The position numbers were made by a program, and so were the translations under genes. Below, in pieces: positions 10,205-19,475 of a DNA stretch of 64,000 nucleotides. This DNA is from Alphaproteobacteria bacterium (GTDB lineage Bacteria > Pseudomonadota > Alphaproteobacteria > Bin95), in NCBI GenBank assembly GCA_965205265.1, contig CBDBGH010000003.1, forward strand, positions 4,384,001 through 4,448,000. Direction: 5' to 3'. Each line of letters opens with the position of its first letter. Position 1 is the first letter of the stretch. The notes under the pieces are model-generated. The model was not told the DNA's origin, searched no databases, and worked only from the letters and a program-made list of their open reading frames with translations.

Positions 10205-11272
10205 TCAGTAGGAGAAGGGCCAGGCGCGGAGCCGGTTGCGCGCCCGGCGCCAGAGCGCGGCCAGGCCCTCCGGCTCCAGCACCAGGAAGACCAGGATCAG
10301 GATGCCGAAGGTTATCTGGCGCACCTGCGCCACCGCCTGCGCCATATAGGCGAGGTCCACGAACCAGGACCCGGCCGTGGTCATGGCGAGGAACACGAAG
10401 CGCGGCACGAGGCTGAGGAAGGCGAGCCCCAGCAGCGCCCCCCACACGCTGCCGAGCCCGCCGATGATGTTGACGGCGAGGTAGTAGATGGAAATGGCGA
10501 AGGTGTATTGCTGGTAGTTGGCGACGCCCAGATAGTAGGTGAACAACACGCCCGCGACGCCGCCATAGGCCGCCGAAAGCGCGAAGGCGGCGAGCTTCAC
10601 CCGGGCGGTGTCCACGCCCATGAGGGAGGCCGCCGTCTCGTGCTCGCGCACCGCGACCATGGCGCGGCCGAGGCGCGAGCGGCCGAGATTGAGCGCCGCC
10701 AGCAGCCCGGCGACGGCCACGGCCATGACGAACAGGTAGAGCTCCGCCGCGCTGTCGAGCCGGAGCCCGAACAGCTCCGGGCGCGGCACATGGATCGAGG
10801 CCTGGATGCCGCCCGAGATCGCCGGCGTGCGGTTGATGATCCACTCGATGACCAGCTGCGCGGCGAGCGTGGCGATGGCGAGATAGAAGCCGCGGATGCG
10901 CAGCGACGGTAGGCCGACGACAATGCCGATCAGCGCCGCCAGCGCCGCGCCGGCCGGGAGCGTGAGCCAGAACGGCATGTCGAGGCGCACCGCGAGATTG
11001 GCGGCCGTGTAGGCGCCGACCGACATGAAGGCCCCGTGGCCGAGCGAGATCTGGCCGGCATAGCCGAGCAGGATGGTGAGCCCGAGCGCGCCCACGAGGT
11101 TGATCGCGTTGAGCGTGAGCACCGCCAGCAGGTGCTCGTCGCCGAAAAGCGGCACCGGCACGAACAGCAGGAACAGCGAGGCCCAGACGGTCCGCCGGAC
11201 GGCCGGATGCGGGAAGAGCGCCATGTCGGCGCGGTAACTGGTCTTGTAATGGCCGGATTCGCGGAGGAACAT
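10205..11272 (-). CDS. Branched-chain amino acid ABC transporter permease (LivM-like)
   Basis: GYAGQISLGHGAF, LRIRGFYLAIATLA and IIGGLGS motifs. Confidence 0.9.
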   Translation of the reverse strand: MFLRESGHYKTSYRADMALFPHPAVRRTVWASLFLLFVPVPLFGDEHLLAVLTLNAINLVGALGLTILLGYAGQISLGHGAFMSVGAYTAANLAVRLDMPFWLTLPAGAALAALIGIVVGLPSLRIRGFYLAIATLAAQLVIEWIINRTPAISGGIQASIHVPRPELFGLRLDSAAELYLFVMAVAVAGLLAALNLGRSRLGRAMVAVREHETAASLMGVDTARVKLAAFALSAAYGGVAGVLFTYYLGVANYQQYTFAISIYYLAVNIIGGLGSVWGALLGLAFLSLVPRFVFLAMTTAGSWFVDLAYMAQAVAQVRQITFGILILVFLVLEPEGLAALWRRARNRLRAWPFSY

Positions 11273-11312
11273 GCCCGCCCGAACGGGTAACGGATGAGCG
11301 GGTGAGCAAAGC

Positions 11313-11720
11313 ATGAAACTCAAGCGCGTGGAACATGTCGCCATCGCGGTGCGCGACATGCGGGCATCGATGAAGATGCTGGAGGAGACGCTCGGTCTCG
11401 AACTCGACTATGAGGAGCGCATCGGCGACACGCGGCTCGCCATGTATCCCGTCGGCGAGACCAGCATCGAGCTGCTGCAGGCCGAGGGCCCGGCCTCACA
11501 GGTGAACGGCTGGATCGAGGACAACGGCGAGAGCATCTACCATCTCTGCTTCGAGGTGGACGACATCGACGCCGCGCTGGCGGAGCTGAAGGGCAAGGGT
11601 GTCCGCCTGATCGACGAGACGCCGCGCACCGGCCATGGCGGCAGCCGCATCGCCTTCCTCGACCCGGCCTCCACCGGCGGCATCGTCATCGAGCTGGCGG
11701 AACTGCCGGCGGGGCATTAG
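11313..11720 (+). CDS. mce: Methylmalonyl-CoA epimerase / VOC family protein
   Basis: HVAIAV, IELL, HLCFEV, IAFLDP and IEL metal-binding pattern. Confidence 0.75.
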   Translation: MKLKRVEHVAIAVRDMRASMKMLEETLGLELDYEERIGDTRLAMYPVGETSIELLQAEGPASQVNGWIEDNGESIYHLCFEVDDIDAALAELKGKGVRLIDETPRTGHGGSRIAFLDPASTGGIVIELAELPAGH

Positions 11721-11767
11721 GGCGCGATCGATTCGGGTTGAAACCGGCGGAGCGCCGCCCCCCTTTT

Positions 11768-11857
11768 CGTCGCCCCGGACGCCCGGAGGGCGATCCGGGG
11801 CCTTGACGCCATAGCGCTCAGGCGTCGCGAGGCCCCGGCTCAAGGGCCGGGGCGACG
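11768..11857. repeat. REP/RIME-like multi-palindromic intergenic element
   Basis: Terminal inverted repeat CGTCGCCCCGG...CCGGGGCGACG enclosing three hairpins; lies between convergent genes. Confidence 0.7.
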
Positions 11858-11865
11858 GTTCCAGG

Positions 11866-13464
11866 CTACCCCAGAACCTCCCCGCGGCGGCGGAGGAGGC
11901 GGCCGGGGAGCGCGCCGGTGTGTTCGCCCTCGTGGATAACGACTTCGCCGTTGACGATCACCGTCCCGACGCCCGCCGGATAGGTGTGCGGCTCGTCGAA
12001 GGTCGCCTCGTCGCGGATCGCGCCCGCGTCGAACAGCACGACATCGGCGGCCTGGCCTCCGCGCAGCAGGCCCCGGTCCGCCATGCCGAGCGCGCGTGCG
12101 GCATTGCCGGTCATCTTCGCCACCGCCTGTTCCAGGGTCAGCAGCCCCTCGTCGCGGGCGTAGCGGCCGAGCACGCGCGGGAAGGTGCCGTAGAGCCTCG
12201 GATGCGGCTTGCCCTGGGAGGTGACGCCGTAGGGCGCGACGCAGGGGCCGTCCGAGCCGACCGTCATGGAGGGCTCGGCCGCGATGCGCCGCACGTCCTC
12301 TTCTGACATGCTGCGCACCAGGATGCGCGTGCCGCCCCGGTCTTCGACCACGATGTCGAACACGGCCTCCAGCGGGTCGCAGTCGCGCGCGGCCGCGATC
12401 TCCGCGATCGTTTTCCCCGGCTCCGCGGCGCCGGGCGAGTTGGCGATGCGGATATCGTCCCAGCTCTCGATATGGCCGAAATTGTTGAAGCCGACCTCGG
12501 CGATCTTCTGGCGCACGCGCGAGCGAATCTCCGGGTTGGCGAGCCGCGCCAGCATGGCGTCGATGCCGCCCTCCTGCAGCCAGACCGGCAGCAGGAAGCG
12601 CAGCGGATTGGTCGCCCAGTCATAGGGATACTGGTCGCAGTGCACATCGACGCCCCGCGCGCGCGCCGCCATGAACTGGCCGAGCAGCTTGTCCGCCTCG
12701 CCCCAGCGCCCGGTGCCGGAGAGCTTGAGATGCGCCACCTGGACATGGATGCCGCATTGCTCGCCGACGTCGATGGCCTCCGCCACCGCCTCATGCACCT
12801 CGTGGCTCTCGTCGCGCACATGGCTCGAATAGCGCCCGCCATGCGCCTTCACCACCCGGCCGAGCGCCAGCACCTCCTCCGGCTTCGCGTAGCAGCCGGG
12901 CGCGGTAAAGAGGCCGGAGGAAAGCCCGAGCGCGCCCGCCTCCAGCGCCTCGGCCAGCATCTCCTGCATGTGCCGGAGTTCCGCGTCCGAGGGGTCGCGG
13001 TCCTCCATGCCCATCGCCATCAGCCTCAGCGTGTTGTGGCCGGCCTGCATGACGGTGTTCAGCGAAAGCGCCGGCCATGTGTCCATGTAGCGGGCGAAGT
13101 CCGTCTCCTCGAAGGGCAGCCAGGGCGCGCTCGCGGCCAGGTAGTCGCGCAGCATCTCCACCCTGCCGGGCAGGGCGGGCGCCACGGAGAAGCCGCAATT
13201 GCCGACCACCTCGGTGGTCACGCCCTGGCGGATCTTGCATTCCGCCTTCGGGTTGAGCGGCAGGGTGAAGTCGGAATGGGTGTGGATGTCGATGAAGCCG
13301 GGCGCGACGGTCAGGCCGTCCGCGTCGATCACCCGTTCCGCGCTGCCCGCATAGCCTTCCTCGACGGCCTGGATGCGCCCGCCCCGGATCGCCAGGTCGG
13401 CCTTGCGCCCGGGCGCTCCGGTCCCGTCCACGACCTCGCCGCCCCTGATGAGAATGTCGTCCAT
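11866..13464 (-). CDS. N-acyl-D-amino acid deacylase (D-aminoacylase)
   Basis: PGFIDIHTHSD, GNCGFS, HVRDE, GSDG and HPRLYGTFPR motifs. Confidence 0.92.
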   Translation of the reverse strand: MDDILIRGGEVVDGTGAPGRKADLAIRGGRIQAVEEGYAGSAERVIDADGLTVAPGFIDIHTHSDFTLPLNPKAECKIRQGVTTEVVGNCGFSVAPALPGRVEMLRDYLAASAPWLPFEETDFARYMDTWPALSLNTVMQAGHNTLRLMAMGMEDRDPSDAELRHMQEMLAEALEAGALGLSSGLFTAPGCYAKPEEVLALGRVVKAHGGRYSSHVRDESHEVHEAVAEAIDVGEQCGIHVQVAHLKLSGTGRWGEADKLLGQFMAARARGVDVHCDQYPYDWATNPLRFLLPVWLQEGGIDAMLARLANPEIRSRVRQKIAEVGFNNFGHIESWDDIRIANSPGAAEPGKTIAEIAAARDCDPLEAVFDIVVEDRGGTRILVRSMSEEDVRRIAAEPSMTVGSDGPCVAPYGVTSQGKPHPRLYGTFPRVLGRYARDEGLLTLEQAVAKMTGNAARALGMADRGLLRGGQAADVVLFDAGAIRDEATFDEPHTYPAGVGTVIVNGEVVIHEGEHTGALPGRLLRRRGEVLG

Positions 13465-13568
13465 CCGGGCGTCCTCCAGCAATCGCAAGCGTCAGCCCGC
13501 AGGATAGCGCAACTTGCCCTCCGAATGCGCGGGGCAAAGAGGAAGGAACGGCCGCCTTCGCAGGATAG

Positions 13569-13700
13569 CCCTCTCCCGCAAGCGGGAGAGGGTTGGGTGA
13601 GGGGCCGCTTGCGCGTCAGCGCAAGCGGCGGGCGAAGCCCCGGCAACCGCCCGTCGCGCGGAGAGGCCTTCCCCCGACCCCTCCCGCCCAGCGGGAGGGG
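13569..13700. repeat. RIME-like element with two related palindromes
   Basis: CCCTCTCCCGC-AA-GCGGGAGAGGG (13569-13592) and CCCCTCCCGC-CCA-GCGGGAGGGG (13678-13700). Confidence 0.75.
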
Positions 13701-13719
13701 AGGCCGTCCGGCTTCCGCT

Positions 13720-15162
13720 TCAGCCCGCCCCGCCCGCGATCGGCGGCTTGCGGGCGAACCAGGGGCGGGCGGCCTCGATCTGGGCGGAGAAGCGGAAGAG
13801 CGCCGCCTCGCCGCCATAGGGCGCGACCGCCTGCACGGCGACCGGCAGCCCGTCCGCATTCGTTCCCACGGGCAGCATCACCGCCGGCTGGCCGGTGATG
13901 TTGAACCAGACGGTGAAGGGCGAGAAGGCGAAGACGCGCCGCCAGTATTCGTCCACGTCCTCCATCGTCATGTCGAGCCAGCCGAGCTCGACCGCGATGC
14001 CCGTCGCCAGCCCCGGCGTCAGCAGCAGGTCGTACCGGCTGTGGAAGGCGGCCATCTGCCGGCCGAGCCGGTGCATGGCCTGCGTCGCGCGCACATAGTC
14101 GGCCCCGCTCACCCGCTCCGCCATTTTCGCGGAGAGCCAGGTGATGCGCTCGACCTCGTCCTCGCGCGCCGCGCGGCCGGCGGTGGGGTGGCTCGCGAGA
14201 TTGACCGCGGTGTTGGCCGCCATGAGGGTGAGGAAGGTGGGCACCGCCGCCCCGCCGTCTATGGCGGGGTCGGCCTCCTCCACCTCGTGCCCGAGTTCGG
14301 CGGCGAGGCTTGCGGTCTCCTCCAGCACGCGGAGCGCATCCGCCCCGACCCCGGCGCCGTTTGGCGCGCGGCGGGTGAACGCGATGCGCAGCCTGCCGGG
14401 GTCGGCGCCCGCTTCCTCCAGGAAGGGCCGGGCCGGGGGCGCGGCGCTGTAGGGGTCGCCGGCCCCCGGCCCGCATGTGGCGTCGAGCAGGGCCGCGCTG
14501 TCGCGCACGGTCAGCGTGACGGCGTGCTCGGTGGACAGGCCCCCCAGCCCCTCGCCCATATAGGGCGCCATGGTGTTGCGGTTCCGGGTGGGCTTGAGGC
14601 CGACCAGCCCGCAGCAGGCCGCCGGGGCGCGGATCGAGCCGAAGCCGTCCGAGGCGTGGGCGGCCGGCAGCATGCGCGCGCCGACCGCCGCGGCCGCCCC
14701 GCCGCTGGAGCCGCCCGATATGCGCGCCGTGTCCCAGGGGTTCTTCGTCGCCCCGTGCAGTTGAGGCTCGCAGGTGAGGCTGAGGCCGAGCTCGCAGGTG
14801 TTGGTCCGCCCGAAGATGACGACGCCGGCGCGCTTCAGCCGCTTCACGAGCTCGCTGTCCTCCGCCGGGACGGCGTCCTCGAAGAATTTGCAGCCCCGCG
14901 TGGTCGGGAAGCCGGCGAGCGAGGCGCTCAGGTCCTTCAGCAGATAGGGCACGCCCCGGAGCGGCCCGTCGGGCAGGCCCTCGGCGATGGCCTGCCGGCC
15001 ATGGTCGTAGAGCCGGGCGGTGACGGCGTTGACCGCGCCGTTGCGCGCCTCGACCCGCTCGATTGCCGCTTCCAGAAGCGCCTCCGGCGTCGTCGCGCCG
15101 CTTGCGACGAGCGCGGCCAGCCCGACCGCGTCGTGGTTTTCGTAATCCGCAAAAGCCGCCAT
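13720..15162 (-). CDS. Amidase signature family protein
   Basis: LLKDL, GGSSGG and SDGFGSIR catalytic motifs. Confidence 0.93.
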   Translation of the reverse strand: MAAFADYENHDAVGLAALVASGATTPEALLEAAIERVEARNGAVNAVTARLYDHGRQAIAEGLPDGPLRGVPYLLKDLSASLAGFPTTRGCKFFEDAVPAEDSELVKRLKRAGVVIFGRTNTCELGLSLTCEPQLHGATKNPWDTARISGGSSGGAAAAVGARMLPAAHASDGFGSIRAPAACCGLVGLKPTRNRNTMAPYMGEGLGGLSTEHAVTLTVRDSAALLDATCGPGAGDPYSAAPPARPFLEEAGADPGRLRIAFTRRAPNGAGVGADALRVLEETASLAAELGHEVEEADPAIDGGAAVPTFLTLMAANTAVNLASHPTAGRAAREDEVERITWLSAKMAERVSGADYVRATQAMHRLGRQMAAFHSRYDLLLTPGLATGIAVELGWLDMTMEDVDEYWRRVFAFSPFTVWFNITGQPAVMLPVGTNADGLPVAVQAVAPYGGEAALFRFSAQIEAARPWFARKPPIAGGAG

Positions 15163-15393
15163 CCCGACCCCCGTTCGCATCCGCCGCCGCGCTGCGCGCG
15201 GCGAACATTGCATATGGCGGCGTTGGCGCCGCCGCCGCCACTATAGCCGCGACGGCGGACCGGAGACATGCAGGGGCTTTTCCGGCCGCATCCCTTCTTC
15301 CTCTCTCCCCGCTTGCGCCGGCGCGCCGGTTCCGGTCCGCGAAGGGTGGTATAACCTCCGGCGCGCGATACCGGCCCCGCAGGGAGGAAGACC

Positions 15394-16182
15394 ATGCGCC
15401 CGACGGCAAGGGAAAAGGCGGATTTCGACCGCGACGGCGCGGTGCTGATGAAAGGTGTCGTGCCGGCGGCATGGCTCGGCGTGCTCGCGGACGCGGTCGA
15501 GCGCGACATCGCGGAGCCGGGGCCCTATTTCAACGGCTACCGGCCGGAAGCCGGGCGCTTCCACGGCAATCTGCGCATCTGGGAGACGCATGAGGGCTTC
15601 CGCGCCTTCTGCTGCGAAGGACCGCTCCGGGCGGTGGCGGCGCGGTTCCTGGACGCCGAGCGGCTCAACCTCTTCTACGACCAGCTGTTCGTGAAGGAGC
15701 CGGGCACGCCGCAGCCGACGCGCTGGCACAACGACCAGCCCTACTGGCCGGTGCGCGGCTGGCCGGTCATGTCCTTCTGGCTGCCGCTCGACCCCGTGAC
15801 GCGCGAGAGCGGCGCGCTCTCCTTCGTCGCCGGCTCGCACCGTTGGGAGCGCTGGTTCCAGCCGGAGCCCTTCGCGAAGGGCGGCGCGGAATACGAGCGC
15901 GGCGAGAACTACGAGCCGATGCCCGACATCGACGCCGGCGGCTACGACATCCTCTCCTGGGACATGGAGCCGGGCGACGCGCTCGCCTTCCACGCCATGA
16001 CCGTCCACGGCGCGGGCGGCAACCTCACCTCCGATACCCGCCGGCGCGGCTATGCGGTGCGCTATTGCGGCGAGGGCTGCGCCTATTTCGCCGGTCCGGG
16101 CCCGAACAACGACCTGCGCAACCCGGCGCTGGCCGACGGCGACCCGCTAGACAGCGCCCAGTTCCCGGTCGTCTGGCCCTGA
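15394..16182 (+). CDS. Phytanoyl-CoA dioxygenase (PhyH) family Fe(II)/2OG enzyme
   Basis: WHND (HxD), TVHG and RR motifs; GGAGG RBS. Confidence 0.9.
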   Translation: MRPTAREKADFDRDGAVLMKGVVPAAWLGVLADAVERDIAEPGPYFNGYRPEAGRFHGNLRIWETHEGFRAFCCEGPLRAVAARFLDAERLNLFYDQLFVKEPGTPQPTRWHNDQPYWPVRGWPVMSFWLPLDPVTRESGALSFVAGSHRWERWFQPEPFAKGGAEYERGENYEPMPDIDAGGYDILSWDMEPGDALAFHAMTVHGAGGNLTSDTRRRGYAVRYCGEGCAYFAGPGPNNDLRNPALADGDPLDSAQFPVVWP

Positions 16183-18471
16183 GGCCTGTTCTGTTTCTGC
16201 CCGGTCGCGGCCAAGGTCACCACGCGCGACCACCCGATCCTGAAGGACGTGATCTGCATGAAGGGCGCCTATGCGCCGAAGCATTTCGCGCATCCCGACC
16301 GCATCCTCTATCCGCTCAAGCGCGTGGGCGTGCGCGGCGACGGCCAGTGGCAACGGGTCACCTGGGACGAGGCGATGGACGATATCGCCGAACGCCTCCA
16401 GGCGGTGATCGACAAATACGGGCCGGAAGCCTTCGCGGTCGGCCAGAGCGGCGCGACCGGCCTGTCCGACCACGGCCTCTGCCGGCGTTTCATGAACCAT
16501 GTCGGCTCGCCCAACTGGATCAGCGGCGTCGCCTATTGCGCCGGCAACACGGCGGCGGTGAACCGTTATGTCTATGGCTGGTTCCCGCGCGGCGACGTCC
16601 TGAACTCCAAATGCATCGTGCTGCTCGGCCACGATCCGCGCCGGCACAGCTGGACGATGGAATACAAGGCGATCCGCATGGCGCAGGCCGCGGGCGCCAA
16701 GCTCATCGTGGTCGATCCGCGCCGCAGCGGGAACGCCGAGCGCGCCGACATCTGGCTGCCGCTCCGGGCCGGCACCGATGCGGCCCTGCTGCTCGGCTGG
16801 CTCCGGGTCATCGTCGATGAGGAGCTCTACGACAAGGCGTTCGTGCGCGACTGGACGATCGGCTTCGACAAGCTGGTCGAGCGCCTCCAGGAATATCCGG
16901 TGGAGCGCGTCGCGGAGATTACCGGCCTCACGGAAGACCGGATCCGCGATCCGGCCCGCATGTATGCGACGACGGCGCCCGCCTGCATCCCCTGGTCGCC
17001 GATCACCGACCAGCAGGTGTCCAGCACCTCGGCCATCCGGCTGCAGGCCATGCTGCGCGCGATCACCGGCAATATCGATGTCAAGGGCGGCGAGGTGTTC
17101 GTCGGGCCGAGCCCCGTCATGCGCTTCGACTCCGAGATCGAGATGGCGCACCTGCTGTCCGAGGAGCAGAGGGCCAAGCAACTGGGCGCGGACAAGCACC
17201 CGGTCTTCACCTTCCGCGGCATGAAGGCCTTCGAGGACGCCACCGAGCGCGTCTGGGGCCACCGCTACGTCAATCTCGTCAACGGCTGCTACATGGCCAA
17301 CCCGATGGCGGTGTTCAAGGCCATGGAGGACAGCGACCCCTACCCGGTCAGGGCCTTCTTCATGATGGCCAACAACGCGCTGATGGCCTACGCCAACGGC
17401 GAGCGCGTGTACCGGGCGATGATGAAGCAGGACCTGCTCGTCTCCTTCGAGCACAACATGACGCCGAGCGCGCAGATCTCGGACTATATCCTGCCGGGCG
17501 ACTCTTGGCTGGAGCGGCCCTCCATGCAGGCCGGCATCAGCGACCAGGCGATGGAGCCGCCGGGCGAATGCCGCAATGTCACCTATTTCTGGCACATGCT
17601 CGCCAGGCGCATGGGGTTCGGCGACGCCTTCCCCTGGACGAACCAGGAGGACTTCATCAATTACCGCCTGGAGCCGGGCGGGGCGGTCTGGAAGGGCGTC
17701 GTCGCGGCCGGGCGTCCGCCCAACCTGCATCGCGGCCAGGCGCCCGATCCCGGGGAGAAGCAGTATCTCAGGACCGGCTTCGCCACGCCGTCCGGCAAGG
17801 TGGAGCTCTATTCCGAGGTGCTCGAAAATCTCGGCTTCGACCCGCTGCCCTACTACCGCGAGGCGGCGGAGCCCTGCGAGCGTTTCCCGATGGCGAGTTT
17901 CGTCGGCTGGCCCGAGGACGAGTATTTCCGCTCCGGCCACCGCCACATCCCGGAGCTGCGCCGGCGCGCGGCGGACCCGATGTTCATGATCTCCCCGGCG
18001 GAGATGGAGCGGCTCGGCTTCGAGGAAGGCGACTGGGCCCGGCTCGAGTCCTCGACCGGTGCCATGGTGGCCCGCGTCTATGGCCGCTCGTCCATGCCGA
18101 AGGGCCTGGTGCGGATCCCGCATGGCTGGTGGAAGCCGGAATCGCGGCCGGGGCTGGAGAACATGTCCGGCATGTGGGCCTTCAATGACGGGCAGGTGAC
18201 GCCCGACGACGAGGAGGCGCTGATCGACCGCGAACAGGGCATCCCGCACATGAAGGGCATGCCGTGCTCGCTGGTCGCGCTGACGGCCGAGGAGGTCGCC
18301 GCGCTTGAGGCGGAGTTCGGTCCGACCGCCGATCTGCCGCGCGGCCCGGAAGGCAAGGTGCTGCAGTCCAGTTCCAAGCCCGGCGATTTCATGTTCGACG
18401 ACATCACCGGCGACGGCGTGGAGTTCGAGGCCGTATCCCTCTCGATCTACGGCCGCACCTCGGCGATGTAA
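16183..18471 (+). CDS. Acetylene hydratase-like molybdopterin (DMSO reductase family) oxidoreductase; N-terminus appears truncated, possible pseudogene
   Basis: Colinear with recalled acetylene hydratase motifs: ICMK, RRFMN..GSPNW, C.GNTA, IWLPLR.GTDAAL, MANP, PGD.WLERP, ATPSGKVELYS, RIPHG.W, D.EQG.P. The open frame extends upstream only to the PhyH stop and lacks the CxxCD start of the Fe-S motif. Confidence 0.8.
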   Translation, partial: GLFCFCPVAAKVTTRDHPILKDVICMKGAYAPKHFAHPDRILYPLKRVGVRGDGQWQRVTWDEAMDDIAERLQAVIDKYGPEAFAVGQSGATGLSDHGLCRRFMNHVGSPNWISGVAYCAGNTAAVNRYVYGWFPRGDVLNSKCIVLLGHDPRRHSWTMEYKAIRMAQAAGAKLIVVDPRRSGNAERADIWLPLRAGTDAALLLGWLRVIVDEELYDKAFVRDWTIGFDKLVERLQEYPVERVAEITGLTEDRIRDPARMYATTAPACIPWSPITDQQVSSTSAIRLQAMLRAITGNIDVKGGEVFVGPSPVMRFDSEIEMAHLLSEEQRAKQLGADKHPVFTFRGMKAFEDATERVWGHRYVNLVNGCYMANPMAVFKAMEDSDPYPVRAFFMMANNALMAYANGERVYRAMMKQDLLVSFEHNMTPSAQISDYILPGDSWLERPSMQAGISDQAMEPPGECRNVTYFWHMLARRMGFGDAFPWTNQEDFINYRLEPGGAVWKGVVAAGRPPNLHRGQAPDPGEKQYLRTGFATPSGKVELYSEVLENLGFDPLPYYREAAEPCERFPMASFVGWPEDEYFRSGHRHIPELRRRAADPMFMISPAEMERLGFEEGDWARLESSTGAMVARVYGRSSMPKGLVRIPHGWWKPESRPGLENMSGMWAFNDGQVTPDDEEALIDREQGIPHMKGMPCSLVALTAEEVAALEAEFGPTADLPRGPEGKVLQSSSKPGDFMFDDITGDGVEFEAVSLSIYGRTSAM

Positions 18472-18481
18472 CGAAAGACTG

Positions 18482-18519
18482 CGCCCCCTTCCCCGGTCTC
18501 CGGCCAGCGGAAGGGGGCG
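18482..18519. terminator. GC-rich hairpin after the molybdopterin enzyme
   Basis: CGCCCCCTTCC...GGAAGGGGGCG 11-bp stem; no U-tract. Confidence 0.45.
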
Positions 18520-18559
18520 GCGGTTCCACCTGCAGCGGAAATGCTGTAGGGGACGGCGC

Positions 18560-19435
18560 ATGTCTCTTCGGGGGGATGCGCCGTTGTCGTATGAAACGCT
18601 GGCCGTCGAAGTCGAGAACGGCCTGCTTACGCTCACGCTCAACCGGCCGGAGCGGTTGAACGCCGTCAATGCCGTGATGATTGGCGAGTATCTGGCGGCG
18701 CTGGACGCGGCCGACCGCGACGACGAAGTGCGCGCGGTCATCGTCACGGGCGCCGGGCGGGGGTTCTGCGCGGGCGCGGACCTCTCCGGCGGGCCAGGCA
18801 CATTCGACCGCACCCCGCCGGAGCCGGGCGCGCGGCACCGCGACGGCGGCGGCCTCGTGGCGCTCCGCCTCTTCGACATGAAGAAGCCGGTGATCGCGGC
18901 GGTGAACGGCCCGGCCGTCGGCTTCGGCGTCACGCAGATCCTGCCGATGGACATCCGCCTCGCCTCCACCGAGGCGCGCTTCGGCTTCGTCTTCTCCCGG
19001 CGCGGCGTGGTGATGGAGGCCGCGTCCTCCTGGTTCCTGCCGCGCCTTGTGGGCATGCAGCGCGCGATGGAATGGGTCGCGACCGGCCGCGTCTTCCCGG
19101 CCGAAGAGGCGCTCGAGGGCGGGCTGGTGCGCTCGCTGCATGCGCCCGACGATCTGCTGCCGGCGGCGCGTGCGCTCGGGCGCGAGATCGCGGACAACGC
19201 CTCGCCCATGTCGGTCGCGCTCTGCCGGCAGATGATGTGGAAGATGCTGGGCGAGGCCCACCCGATGGCGGCGCACCGGATCGACTCGCTCGGCATGGCC
19301 CATACCGGCGCCTCCACGGATGCGCGCGAGGGCGTCGCTTCCTTCCTGGAGAAGCGCCCGGCCGCCTTCGCCTCCACGCCCGGCAAGGCGATGCCCGGCT
19401 TCTATCCCTGGTGGGACGAGCCCCGCTTCGGCTGA
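18560..19435 (+). CDS. Enoyl-CoA hydratase/crotonase family protein
   Basis: LNRPERLNA, FCAGADL and KPVIAAVNGPAVGFG motifs. Confidence 0.92.
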   Translation: MSLRGDAPLSYETLAVEVENGLLTLTLNRPERLNAVNAVMIGEYLAALDAADRDDEVRAVIVTGAGRGFCAGADLSGGPGTFDRTPPEPGARHRDGGGLVALRLFDMKKPVIAAVNGPAVGFGVTQILPMDIRLASTEARFGFVFSRRGVVMEAASSWFLPRLVGMQRAMEWVATGRVFPAEEALEGGLVRSLHAPDDLLPAARALGREIADNASPMSVALCRQMMWKMLGEAHPMAAHRIDSLGMAHTGASTDAREGVASFLEKRPAAFASTPGKAMPGFYPWWDEPRFG

Positions 19436-19475
19436 GGCAACGGGTCCCGCCCCGAATCCCGCGCCGGAGAGTGTC

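Noticed and set aside
16147-19386. Very long antisense or alternate-frame ORFs (also 31-1929, 12472-15246, 48272-50827, 53799-57356 and the 5' part of 2034-5189)
   Set aside because: Shadow ORFs of high-GC coding DNA; they have no motifs and overlap well-supported genes.
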